From: a virus
Taxonomy: Duplodnaviria > Heunggongvirae > Uroviricota > Caudoviricetes
Direction: 5' to 3' (one strand)
Virus record (IMG/VR): IMGVR_UViG_3300048625_000166
Length of the DNA stretch: 64,000 nucleotides
The position numbers and the translations under genes are program-made. The notes beneath the pieces are model-generated. The model did no database searches. It saw only the letters and a program-made list of their open reading frames with translations, and was not told the origin of the DNA. This document shows positions 57,076-64,000 of the stretch, piece by piece (position 1 is the first letter of the stretch; every line of letters starts with the position of its first letter).

Positions 57076-57112
57076 CTATGTACGTTGTGAGAACAACGAT
57101 ATACATAAGGAA

Positions 57113-57376
57113 ATGAAAATGAACGTAACTCAACAAACACGTGTCTTAGAGGCACTTAAGGCTGGCGAAGCATTGACTGCAAAACAAATCTCTGCACGTT
57201 TTGGTGCAAAGAATCCAACTGCAACCATTAGCAACATTCGCTATGAAGGCTATGCAGTTTATGCAAACCAACACACCGATACCAAAGGTCGTGTTACTAC
57301 CAAGTATCGTCTTGGTAAACCAAGTCGCGCACTTGTAGCCGCAGGTTACAAAGCAATGGCTCTTGGTCTAGTCTAA
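57113..57376 (+). CDS. small putative DNA-binding (HTH-like) protein
   Basis: AAGGAAA RBS; LTAKQISARFGAKNPTATISNIRYEGY. Confidence 0.4.
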   Translation: MKMNVTQQTRVLEALKAGEALTAKQISARFGAKNPTATISNIRYEGYAVYANQHTDTKGRVTTKYRLGKPSRALVAAGYKAMALGLV

Positions 57377-57398
57377 TCTCGGGAGAGATAAGCAATCA

Positions 57399-57420
57399 GA
57401 AGGCTCCTCACGGAGCCTTC
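57399..57420 (+). other. 9-bp perfect hairpin GAAGGCTCC-tcac-GGAGCCTTC (no U-tract)
   Basis: Read directly, after gene end 57376. Confidence 0.4.
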
Positions 57421-57425
57421 TCCAC

Positions 57426-57454
57426 TTGCAAATGATTCAAAGCTGTGCTATAAT
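57426..57454 (+). promoter_or_regulatory. sigma70-like promoter TTGCAA-17-TGcTATAAT
   Basis: Extended -10. Confidence 0.55.
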
Positions 57455-57479
57455 TAGTCATAACTAATAGGAGTGTTAC

Positions 57480-57968
57480 ATGGGTTTTTTGCATAATTTG
57501 ATGGTTAAACTTGATCGATACAAACTTGTGCCCGATCGCACGACTGGTGAAGATTATCTTCATCGTTATTACTTGTTTCTCAAGGATCGAAAACATTTCC
57601 CATTCAACGTAACACTGCACAAGATCGTGCGTAGTGATGAACCAGTGATGCATGATCATCCATGGTCATATCTGACTATCGTACTAAAGGGTGGCTACTG
57701 GGAACACACTCCTGTCTTTAACTACGAAGGCAAAAAGATTGCAGAGTTCCAACACTGGCGAGGCCCAGGCTCTATCATTAAGCGTAGTGCTAATGAATAT
57801 CACTGGCTTGAGCTTGATCCAGAAATTGGCCCTGCAACTACCCTGTTCTTTATGGGGTCACAGAAGCGTGAGTGGGGTTTCTTGAAAGATAATAAATGGT
57901 TCCAGTGGAAAGATTATTTGTCATCTAAGCAAGCCACTGTTAACAAAGAAGAAAAGAAAATTGCGTAA
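57480..57968 (+). CDS. hypothetical protein
   Basis: AGGAG RBS, 162 aa. Confidence 0.5.
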   Translation: MGFLHNLMVKLDRYKLVPDRTTGEDYLHRYYLFLKDRKHFPFNVTLHKIVRSDEPVMHDHPWSYLTIVLKGGYWEHTPVFNYEGKKIAEFQHWRGPGSIIKRSANEYHWLELDPEIGPATTLFFMGSQKREWGFLKDNKWFQWKDYLSSKQATVNKEEKKIA

Positions 57969-57976
57969 GGTTCTAT

Positions 57977-58465
57977 ATGAAAAGAGAGAATTTTAAGCAA
58001 TTTGTAGAAACTGATTTGTTCATCGATGCTAGTACCAACAAACCTGTTGTTTTAAACACACGACGATACAATCATCTTGGGAATCCATTATGCATCGAAG
58101 AAGGCTGTAATCATACAGCCCATAATCAAGGCAAAGATCATGGTGGATTTCAGCTAAGATGCAAACATCATTTAGGACGATTGGGTAAAAAAAGCTACAA
58201 GAGTCACAAATTAGTTGTACCATATTGCGAGAATATTGATTCCAGACTTGGATTTATTTGCACAACAACAATCGTAGATTCATGTATGTTAGGCGTAGAT
58301 CATATCAATGAGAATCATAAAGATCCTAGGGCAGAAAATTTGCAAACACTCTGTGCTGGTTGTCATGCATACAAAACAAAACATTTTCGAGGACTGGGCG
58401 AAGATGCTATCCTGCAACGACTGCAGGAAAATATACAAGTCTACATCGATAGCAAAGGAAAATAA
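57977..58465 (+). CDS. HNH endonuclease
   Basis: VDHINENHKDPRAENLQTLCAGCHAYKTKH HNH motif with Cys pairs. Confidence 0.65.
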   Translation: MKRENFKQFVETDLFIDASTNKPVVLNTRRYNHLGNPLCIEEGCNHTAHNQGKDHGGFQLRCKHHLGRLGKKSYKSHKLVVPYCENIDSRLGFICTTTIVDSCMLGVDHINENHKDPRAENLQTLCAGCHAYKTKHFRGLGEDAILQRLQENIQVYIDSKGK

Positions 58466-58466
58466 A

Positions 58467-58754
58467 ATGAGTGGTGGACACTTCCAATACAAGCAATACG
58501 AATTTGGCTATATAGCTGATGAAGTTGAACAATTGATTATCACCAATGGTAGTCAAGAGAAGGATCAGTGGGGTTACAATAAACATTGTGAATTCACGCC
58601 GGAAACTATCGAAGAATTCAAACGTGGCCTAGAAATCATGCGACAAGCACAAATCTATGCACAACGTATAGATTGGTTAGTTTCTGGTGATGATGGCGAG
58701 GATAGCTTCCATAAACGACTAAAAACCGACTTAGAACAGTTAAAACAACCATAA
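58467..58754 (+). CDS. hypothetical protein
   Basis: Internal ATG of track ORF 58308, directly after HNH stop. Confidence 0.4.
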   Translation: MSGGHFQYKQYEFGYIADEVEQLIITNGSQEKDQWGYNKHCEFTPETIEEFKRGLEIMRQAQIYAQRIDWLVSGDDGEDSFHKRLKTDLEQLKQP

Positions 58755-58769
58755 CTTTATAAATAAATC

Positions 58770-59132
58770 ATGCTCGAACTATTAATATTGGCTTTTGTAT
58801 TCTATTGTGGATTCATTATCGGTGAGCATATCATGGCGTGGAAACTCCGTGATATCTTGGTTGAAGCCGCTAAAAAAGAGGGTATTGAAGTCACAGAAGA
58901 CTACAAAATCAAAGACACAAGCAAGCCAAAAGTCTCTAAACTCTATGTTGAGAAAGAACAAGACACATTGTATTTGTATGACCACGAAGAAAAAGAATTC
59001 GTATGCCAGGCAAAATCAATGGAAGAGCTAGCTAAATTGGCACTCCAGTACAAAAAAATCAAGTATGCCGCGGTGATCGACGGCGAACAGACATTTATGT
59101 TTGTTGATGGAGCAGTTAAACAACACCTATGA
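58770..59132 (+). CDS. hypothetical protein with N-terminal TM
   Basis: 120 aa. Confidence 0.45.
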   Translation: MLELLILAFVFYCGFIIGEHIMAWKLRDILVEAAKKEGIEVTEDYKIKDTSKPKVSKLYVEKEQDTLYLYDHEEKEFVCQAKSMEELAKLALQYKKIKYAAVIDGEQTFMFVDGAVKQHL

Positions 59133-59668
59133 AAACTAAAATTGGTAAGTTTCCTAAAGTAGGAGACAATCGCAAGATCGATATTCAAATTGAAAAATTT
59201 GACACCTGGTCTTTAGATCACACCCTTGCACTAATCATTTACCCTGCGTTGATTCAGTTAAAAGAAACAAAGCATGGTGTACCAAATGAATTTGTCAACG
59301 ATGTTGGTGGTGAAGACTTTAGAGAACAAGATAGTTTTGACTTCTACAAAGAATCACACAACGAAGCATTTGACATTGCGTGTAAGCGTTGGGATGAAGT
59401 TCTCGATAAAATGATTTGGTCATTCGAGCAACTTTTAAAAGACGACTACGATAGCAAGTATCATCATGGCAAGTCTGAGTATGACTTTGTGGAGAGTGGT
59501 ACACTATATCCAAATCCCATTTCTGGCAAGATGGAAGCAACCTATCAAATGGTTGACAAAGATCCATCGAGTCATTGGTACGATCATGTTGGGCATCGTT
59601 TACACGAAGACCGTATACAAGAAGGTCTAGAGTTGTTTGGTAAGTATTATCGTAATTTATGGGATTGA
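59129..59668 (+). CDS. hypothetical protein
   Basis: 179 aa, ATGA coupled. Confidence 0.5.
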   Translation: MKTKIGKFPKVGDNRKIDIQIEKFDTWSLDHTLALIIYPALIQLKETKHGVPNEFVNDVGGEDFREQDSFDFYKESHNEAFDIACKRWDEVLDKMIWSFEQLLKDDYDSKYHHGKSEYDFVESGTLYPNPISGKMEATYQMVDKDPSSHWYDHVGHRLHEDRIQEGLELFGKYYRNLWD

Positions 59669-59669
59669 T

Positions 59670-59918
59670 ATGAATAGTTTTGAATCGATGATTGCTACCA
59701 TCAAAGGTATCGAGAACTGGAATATGAGTAAGCAAAAGAAAACTATTACAAAAGCAGAGTATGAATTATTCTGTAAAGAATATGTTTTTGAGCAGATAAA
59801 AGGAATCAGTTTTGGACAGGCCTTTTGTAAAAGATTTAACATCGAAGATCATCTTATAAATAATGTCAGTAATGACACAGCCAAATTTCACATCGAAGCA
59901 TTAGGATATATTAAGTGA
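59670..59918 (+). CDS. hypothetical protein
   Basis: Internal ATG just after upstream stop. Confidence 0.4.
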   Translation: MNSFESMIATIKGIENWNMSKQKKTITKAEYELFCKEYVFEQIKGISFGQAFCKRFNIEDHLINNVSNDTAKFHIEALGYIK

Positions 59919-60448
59919 AGCAAAAATACATAGACTATTACATGGACGTTGCAGAACGTACCGGTAAACTCAGCCACGCGATTCGCAGACAAGTGGGAGC
60001 CGTGATCGTCAAAGACAATCGCATTCTGTCATATGGCTACAATGGCATGCCAACTGGTTGGGACAACGAATGCGAGTACAAAGACTACATGAGTGGCGAT
60101 GCTGGCGGTTGGCTCAATCCTGATGAAATTCAAGAACGTTGGCCAATCGTAGAGTATGATCCTTCGGTGCAAAGCAACAGACGATATCGTTTGGTAACCA
60201 AAGATGAAGTCTTACATGCAGAAAGCAACGCAATCGCTAAAGTGTCTGGTTCTACTGAGTCAAGTGAAGATGCTACACTATTTGTAACAACTGCACCTTG
60301 CATTCACTGTGCTAAGATGATTTTTCAATCTGGCATCAGAAGCGTGTTCTACCGTGAAGCCTATCGAGATACGGCTGGAGTAGATTTCTTAACCAAAGGT
60401 GGAGTTAGTGTCACCCAATACACAGCACAAGACAATAATAGTAATTGA
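59915..60448 (+). CDS. cd: dCMP deaminase (cytidine/deoxycytidylate deaminase zinc-binding family)
   Basis: HAESNAI...TTAPCIHCAKMIFQSGI (H-A-E ... PC..C zinc ligands). Confidence 0.8.
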   Translation: MKQKYIDYYMDVAERTGKLSHAIRRQVGAVIVKDNRILSYGYNGMPTGWDNECEYKDYMSGDAGGWLNPDEIQERWPIVEYDPSVQSNRRYRLVTKDEVLHAESNAIAKVSGSTESSEDATLFVTTAPCIHCAKMIFQSGIRSVFYREAYRDTAGVDFLTKGGVSVTQYTAQDNNSN

Positions 60449-60608
60449 TTTTGGAGGTCTGAGACCAATCGCCAGTTGGTGCGAACGCAATTGCATCGGA
60501 GACTGGGGCTGGTCGCAGATAGAGCCTGCTGGCGAAGATGCAGGTGTGTATGAGTTTTACTTTGAGGAAGAAAAAGATAAAGTTGCCTTTATCTTATGGA
60601 AGACATGA
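60399..60608 (+). CDS. hypothetical protein, GTG start (doubtful)
   Basis: No in-frame ATG; about 50-nt overlap with cd; stop forms ATGA with the next gene. Confidence 0.25.
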   Translation: MELVSPNTQHKTIIVIDFGGLRPIASWCERNCIGDWGWSQIEPAGEDAGVYEFYFEEEKDKVAFILWKT

Positions 60609-60877
60609 AATACTTTACATTTAAACGTGAATCAAATGATTTTGATGATATACTAAAAGACACTATCATCAAGAAACTGTTCTCTATGAAACTTCAATGG
60701 AGAAATCACTTGATGGTAGGTATCAGTGAAGCTGGCAACGATGGCACATTTAGCTACATTACACTGAAATACGGCGATGATATGGTAACTGATATTGTCC
60801 CAGATCGTTCACCTGTTATATACGTAGATTACTTGCCAAAGGGCAACGAAAACTACAAGGGCTCAGTATCTAAGTGA
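60605..60877 (+). CDS. hypothetical protein
   Basis: Second ATG of track ORF 60596, ATGA coupled. Confidence 0.4.
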   Translation: MKYFTFKRESNDFDDILKDTIIKKLFSMKLQWRNHLMVGISEAGNDGTFSYITLKYGDDMVTDIVPDRSPVIYVDYLPKGNENYKGSVSK

Positions 60878-61612
60878 TATTAGGCGGGCTTCTGGAATAC
60901 GAGTATGAGTATTCTTGCTACCTAATAGAACGACTGTTCTAATTCCATTCTTGGTTGGTAACATCATCACGATGCATCCACCACTGCGATTAATAAATCC
61001 TGTCTTACTTACAACGAATGATTGTAATCCAACGATGGGATTTGTGTTGTGAAATACTAGTTTAGATTTCTTAACAGGAACAACAATCAACGACTTGTTA
61101 CTAGCTTGTACGATTGTTGAATAAGAGCTTGCCGCTTGTACCATTTTAATCAAATCTTCTGCCGTACTGACATTCATCACAGATAATCCAGTTGGCTCGG
61201 CAAATTTCGTGTTAGGCATCTCTAGTGCGTATGCTTTTGAATTCATAGCATGTATACATGCAGAGAACCCGCCAGGATAATACTCACAGAGCAACCTAGC
61301 CGCTTTGTTGTCAGACTTAACTATCGCCAAATCAATCAACGTTTGTCGTGTTTGTTCTTGGTTGTAGAGCTTTGTAGGAATAGTCTCGTCAAGCGGCTGG
61401 TTTGCATCCATGACAATCATTACCGTCATTAATTTAGTGATGCTGGCGATAGAACGGACGGCTGTAGTATTGATGCCGTCTATTATTTTTCCTGATTCGT
61501 CAGCCACCAACCATGACTTAGCGGTAATCACTGGTTCATGTTGAACTTTGGCATTGCCCACCAGCGAAGTGAACAAAGCCGTGATCAACACGGTCTTTTT
61601 CAAAAAGTTCAT
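60863..61612 (-). CDS. secreted D-alanyl-D-alanine carboxypeptidase/endopeptidase (PBP5/PBP7-like serine peptidase)
   Basis: Signal peptide; SITK (SxxK) and KSDN (SxN) active-site motifs. Confidence 0.7.
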   Translation of the reverse strand: MNFLKKTVLITALFTSLVGNAKVQHEPVITAKSWLVADESGKIIDGINTTAVRSIASITKLMTVMIVMDANQPLDETIPTKLYNQEQTRQTLIDLAIVKSDNKAARLLCEYYPGGFSACIHAMNSKAYALEMPNTKFAEPTGLSVMNVSTAEDLIKMVQAASSYSTIVQASNKSLIVVPVKKSKLVFHNTNPIVGLQSFVVSKTGFINRSGGCIVMMLPTKNGIRTVVLLGSKNTHTRIPEARLISLRY

Positions 61613-61618
61613 TTGATT

Positions 61619-61647
61619 ATTGTATCATAGATATGCATTAGATTCAA
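61619..61647 (-). promoter_or_regulatory. sigma70-like promoter TTGAAT-17-TACAAT on the minus strand, nearly leaderless
   Basis: The -10 ends about 7 nt before the ATG at 61612. Confidence 0.4.
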
Positions 61648-61655
61648 TGCATACG

Positions 61656-61680
61656 GTGAAAAGCCCCCGAAGGGGCTTTT
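61656..61680 (-). terminator. rho-independent terminator AAAAGCCCC-cgaa-GGGGCTTTT
   Basis: Perfect 9-bp stem; U-tract on the minus-strand transcript after gene 61682..62227. Confidence 0.7.
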
Positions 61681-61681
61681 A

Positions 61682-62227
61682 TTAGAACCAGAGCCAGATG
61701 CCCTGACTTAACAGTAATACACCTATAACAGCAACCACTTCGCTGATTTTGTACATTTTGTTGTTGACTGCTAGAATAGAAGCTGATAACAACACAATAG
61801 CTAATTGGAATGCCATGCTTGCGAACGTTAGCCATGGAGAGTGCTTTGCCGCATCGTCACGTGCCTTTTCAAATGCCTGTGCTTTTGCCAACAACTCTTT
61901 CTTGCCTTCGCCTTTTTCTGGATCACTTTCGTAACGAGCAATCTTAGCATCTAACTTTTCAGCCTTTGCTTTGTCACCACGGGCAACATAGTCGTCACGC
62001 TGACCTTCTGCAATAGCTTGCTTGATAGATTTAGACTGAAAGAAAGCGTATGTATCAGTTGCTTTCAGGGTATTCTTCAATATTGCACCACTATAAGTGT
62101 TTGCAAAGTATGTAGTGATTGCCATGAACAATGCCATGATAACGATTACTAAGCCCGCTTTGTCTTTGATTTGTGCTTCACGCTCGGAACGTGATAATGG
62201 TTTGGTTTCTTGTTTTAGTTCTGCCAT
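61682..62227 (-). CDS. membrane protein (N- and C-terminal TM helices, Lys/Ala/Glu-rich middle)
   Basis: 181 aa. Confidence 0.5.
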   Translation of the reverse strand: MAELKQETKPLSRSEREAQIKDKAGLVIVIMALFMAITTYFANTYSGAILKNTLKATDTYAFFQSKSIKQAIAEGQRDDYVARGDKAKAEKLDAKIARYESDPEKGEGKKELLAKAQAFEKARDDAAKHSPWLTFASMAFQLAIVLLSASILAVNNKMYKISEVVAVIGVLLLSQGIWLWF

Positions 62228-62246
62228 TTTTTTCTCCTATATTTAT

Positions 62247-62420
62247 TTAGTGTAAGTGCTTTGCGTACCACTTGAGGAAAACATATAATATTCCTAAAGA
62301 TACTGCAAATAACATGAAAAAGAACGAATTGACTATGAGCATGGATACTAGAGTTCCCTGTTCAAGTAGCCACCACCATAGATAATCGTATTGTTCTTTG
62401 ATTTCTTTAAATATTTTCAT
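62247..62420 (-). CDS. small membrane protein
   Basis: Internal ATG coupled to upstream stop at 62422. Confidence 0.35.
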   Translation of the reverse strand: MKIFKEIKEQYDYLWWWLLEQGTLVSMLIVNSFFFMLFAVSLGILYVFLKWYAKHLH

Positions 62421-62421
62421 C

Positions 62422-63204
62422 TTATCTTCCAACGTACTTTTTAGGTAGTGCTTCAAGTTTGCGTTGTTCTTCTGTTTTTGGTATCCAATCGTCTCCATAC
62501 TGTGGATACTTTCGAATTCTGTCTTCTACTACCATTGCCAATGCAAGTCCTATACCTGCGGCTAACATTACTGCACCTATTCCCCAGGCTGCCTCTACCC
62601 AGATCGTTTCAATGCGTTTCTTTCGCTTCATGGATCTGATATGCTGATTCTTCATTTGTTGTTGAATCAACACACGCTGGGTAGCACCCATCTTCTGCAT
62701 CATTGCCTCAACCTCAGTGTAGAGCGCACCCAACTCAGGAGGACTTTGATATACCATTAACTCTCTCAAGTCAACACTCATTTGTTCTAGTTGCTTACGC
62801 ATTAAAACACGCTGGAGGGCACGTTTGCCCAGGGATGCATCACCCGTATAAACTTCTGTTTCCGCTCGGCGCTCCTCTTCCTCGAAGACGGCCATGCACT
62901 TATAGAAGTTATCGTAGTATGTGCCTAAGTGATCACCGATTTCTTGGTAGATGCCTTGATGTGCGCCTTCATTGGCTTTCTTGTTGAGTTCTCTGACACG
63001 TTCCTTTTCTTCTAAGAACTGTCGCTTTTGCTCATTGGTTGCTGGTTTCTCAGGTGGATGTAGCTTATGAAACTGGTCGTCTAAATCTTTAAGAACTTCC
63101 TTGACTTCGCCAGCCGCACCTTTAATGTCCTTGTATAGTTTGCACCCAGCTTTGACTGCCGAAACAGCCCCATTGGCTAGAGCAAAGAGCGTTAGCGGAT
63201 CCAT
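62422..63204 (-). CDS. hypothetical protein with C-terminal TM
   Basis: 260 aa; late promoter upstream. Confidence 0.5.
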   Translation of the reverse strand: MDPLTLFALANGAVSAVKAGCKLYKDIKGAAGEVKEVLKDLDDQFHKLHPPEKPATNEQKRQFLEEKERVRELNKKANEGAHQGIYQEIGDHLGTYYDNFYKCMAVFEEEERRAETEVYTGDASLGKRALQRVLMRKQLEQMSVDLRELMVYQSPPELGALYTEVEAMMQKMGATQRVLIQQQMKNQHIRSMKRKKRIETIWVEAAWGIGAVMLAAGIGLALAMVVEDRIRKYPQYGDDWIPKTEEQRKLEALPKKYVGR

Positions 63205-63239
63205 CCCAACAAAATCCTTTATTTATTATAGTTATCATC

Positions 63240-63247
63240 TATTTATA
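63240..63247 (-). promoter_or_regulatory. T4-type late promoter TATAAATA (-)
   Basis: 36 nt upstream of ATG 63204. Confidence 0.4.
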
Positions 63248-63331
63248 AAAAAGTTAGACTTTTTTGATTGGATTATTTGATAAATATCAATGTCAACATC
63301 TTAGACAATAACAATAATAATAAAGGAATAG

Positions 63332-64000
63332 ATGATGAAGAAGACAATTTTGGCGCTGGCCATGATGGCTGGCCTCGGCGCGTATGCCCAAACCTCTCCT
63401 ACCCTAATCAATCAGGGAACCTACGATAGCAAGACTTTGGTAGATACTAATAGCACTTCCAATAGTGCTAGTTCAGTTACTACCAACAACACAAGTGTGA
63501 GTACCAGTACAAACACAAGTGCTAGTACGGTAAATAGCACTAGTGTAAACACGAACAACAACGTGAACAGTGGTACAATTACGTATAACAACAATAACGT
63601 ATCCAGTGGCTCATTGACTAACATAAATCAGAATACCAATAACGGTACGATGACTTATAACAACAATAATGCCATGAGTGGTTCAGTGACGTATAACAAT
63701 AACAACGTGCAGTCTGGCACATTGACGAATAACAACAATAACGTCAATACCACTACAGCAACCACGGTTAATACAAACAACAACATTAACTCAGGAACAC
63801 AAACGTTCAACAATAACAACGTCAGTACCGCAGTTAATACCAATAACAACGTCAACACTGGCACCATGACGTACAACAATAACAATGCTAGTACCAGTTC
63901 TAACACCAACGTGAATCAGAACAATAATAATAGTACTAGCACTGCTACAAACGTCAATCAGAATATTCAAAGCGGTTCGTTAACTAACAACAATAACAAC
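63332..64000 (+). CDS. secreted Asn/Thr/Ser-rich tandem-repeat protein, 3'-partial (runs off window)
   Basis: AAAGGAA RBS; signal peptide MMKKTILALAMMAGLGAYA; repeats of about 12 aa, NNNNV.SGT.TY; absent from ORF track because no stop in window. Confidence 0.6.
   Translation, partial: MMKKTILALAMMAGLGAYAQTSPTLINQGTYDSKTLVDTNSTSNSASSVTTNNTSVSTSTNTSASTVNSTSVNTNNNVNSGTITYNNNNVSSGSLTNINQNTNNGTMTYNNNNAMSGSVTYNNNNVQSGTLTNNNNNVNTTTATTVNTNNNINSGTQTFNNNNVSTAVNTNNNVNTGTMTYNNNNASTSSNTNVNQNNNNSTSTATNVNQNIQSGSLTNNNNN

Noticed and set aside
58758-58765. TATAAATA late-promoter match
   Set aside because: It lies only 4 nt before the ATG at 58770, so the transcript would start inside or after the start codon. 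Likely fortuitous in AT-rich sequence.
63421-63909. Two minus-strand L/V-rich ORFs on the track (63421..63624 and 63655..63909)
   Set aside because: They are antisense to the convincing + strand repeat-protein ORF starting at 63332, and their composition is an artefact of the AAC/AAT-rich repeats.
1-64000. CRISPR arrays, integrase/transposase, rRNA
   Set aside because: No regularly spaced direct repeats with unique spacers and no recombinase or transposase motifs were seen. The only mobile-type genes are the GIY-YIG and HNH endonucleases.

Overview
AT-rich (roughly 40% GC by eye) 64-kb segment of a large virulent T4-like (Straboviridae-type) phage genome. Genes are densely packed, mostly on the + strand, and often translationally coupled through ATGA or TAATG stop/start overlaps. 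Identifiable products: family B DNA polymerase (T4 gp43-like, apparent TTG start), ATP-dependent DNA ligase, RNase H/flap endonuclease, dCMP deaminase, GroES/gp31-like co-chaperonin, Fe/Mn superoxide dismutase, UvdE UV-damage endonuclease, Dps, Hsp20, a complete ClpX-ClpP-ClpS set, ribosomal protein S21, a GH19 glycoside hydrolase, a secreted non-specific nuclease, SAM methyltransferase, SPFH protein, GNAT acetyltransferase, two metallophosphoesterases, a D,D-peptidase, and GIY-YIG and HNH homing endonucleases. More than 15 sigma70-like promoters (TTGACA-17-TATAAT) and several T4-type late promoters (TATAAATA) are readable. Most unusual is a late-promoter operon encoding a Bug/TctC-type periplasmic binding protein, two sulfotransferase-fold P-loop proteins, a cupin-like protein and an APS-kinase-like protein (candidate PAPS-dependent sulfation module), with a divergent methyltransferase. 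Also notable: a nucleotidyltransferase/cupin, cytidylyltransferase and FAD-oxidoreductase cluster; a dispersed family of small paralogous genes sharing nucleotide-identical 5' ends and a conserved GGAGTTGAAGAATGA coupling junction; a phage-borne ClpXP/ClpS/S21/Hsp20 module; repeat-rich secreted proteins. Promoter, terminator and hairpin coordinates were derived by eye and may be off by 1-2 nt. Coordinates of features listed on the six-frame ORF track follow the track; real-start coordinates recomputed from it are exact relative to the track, and coordinates of small ORFs absent from the track were read by eye. The ORF track uses TTG/GTG starts as well as ATG, so several starts were moved to the nearest ATG with an RBS or coupling overlap.
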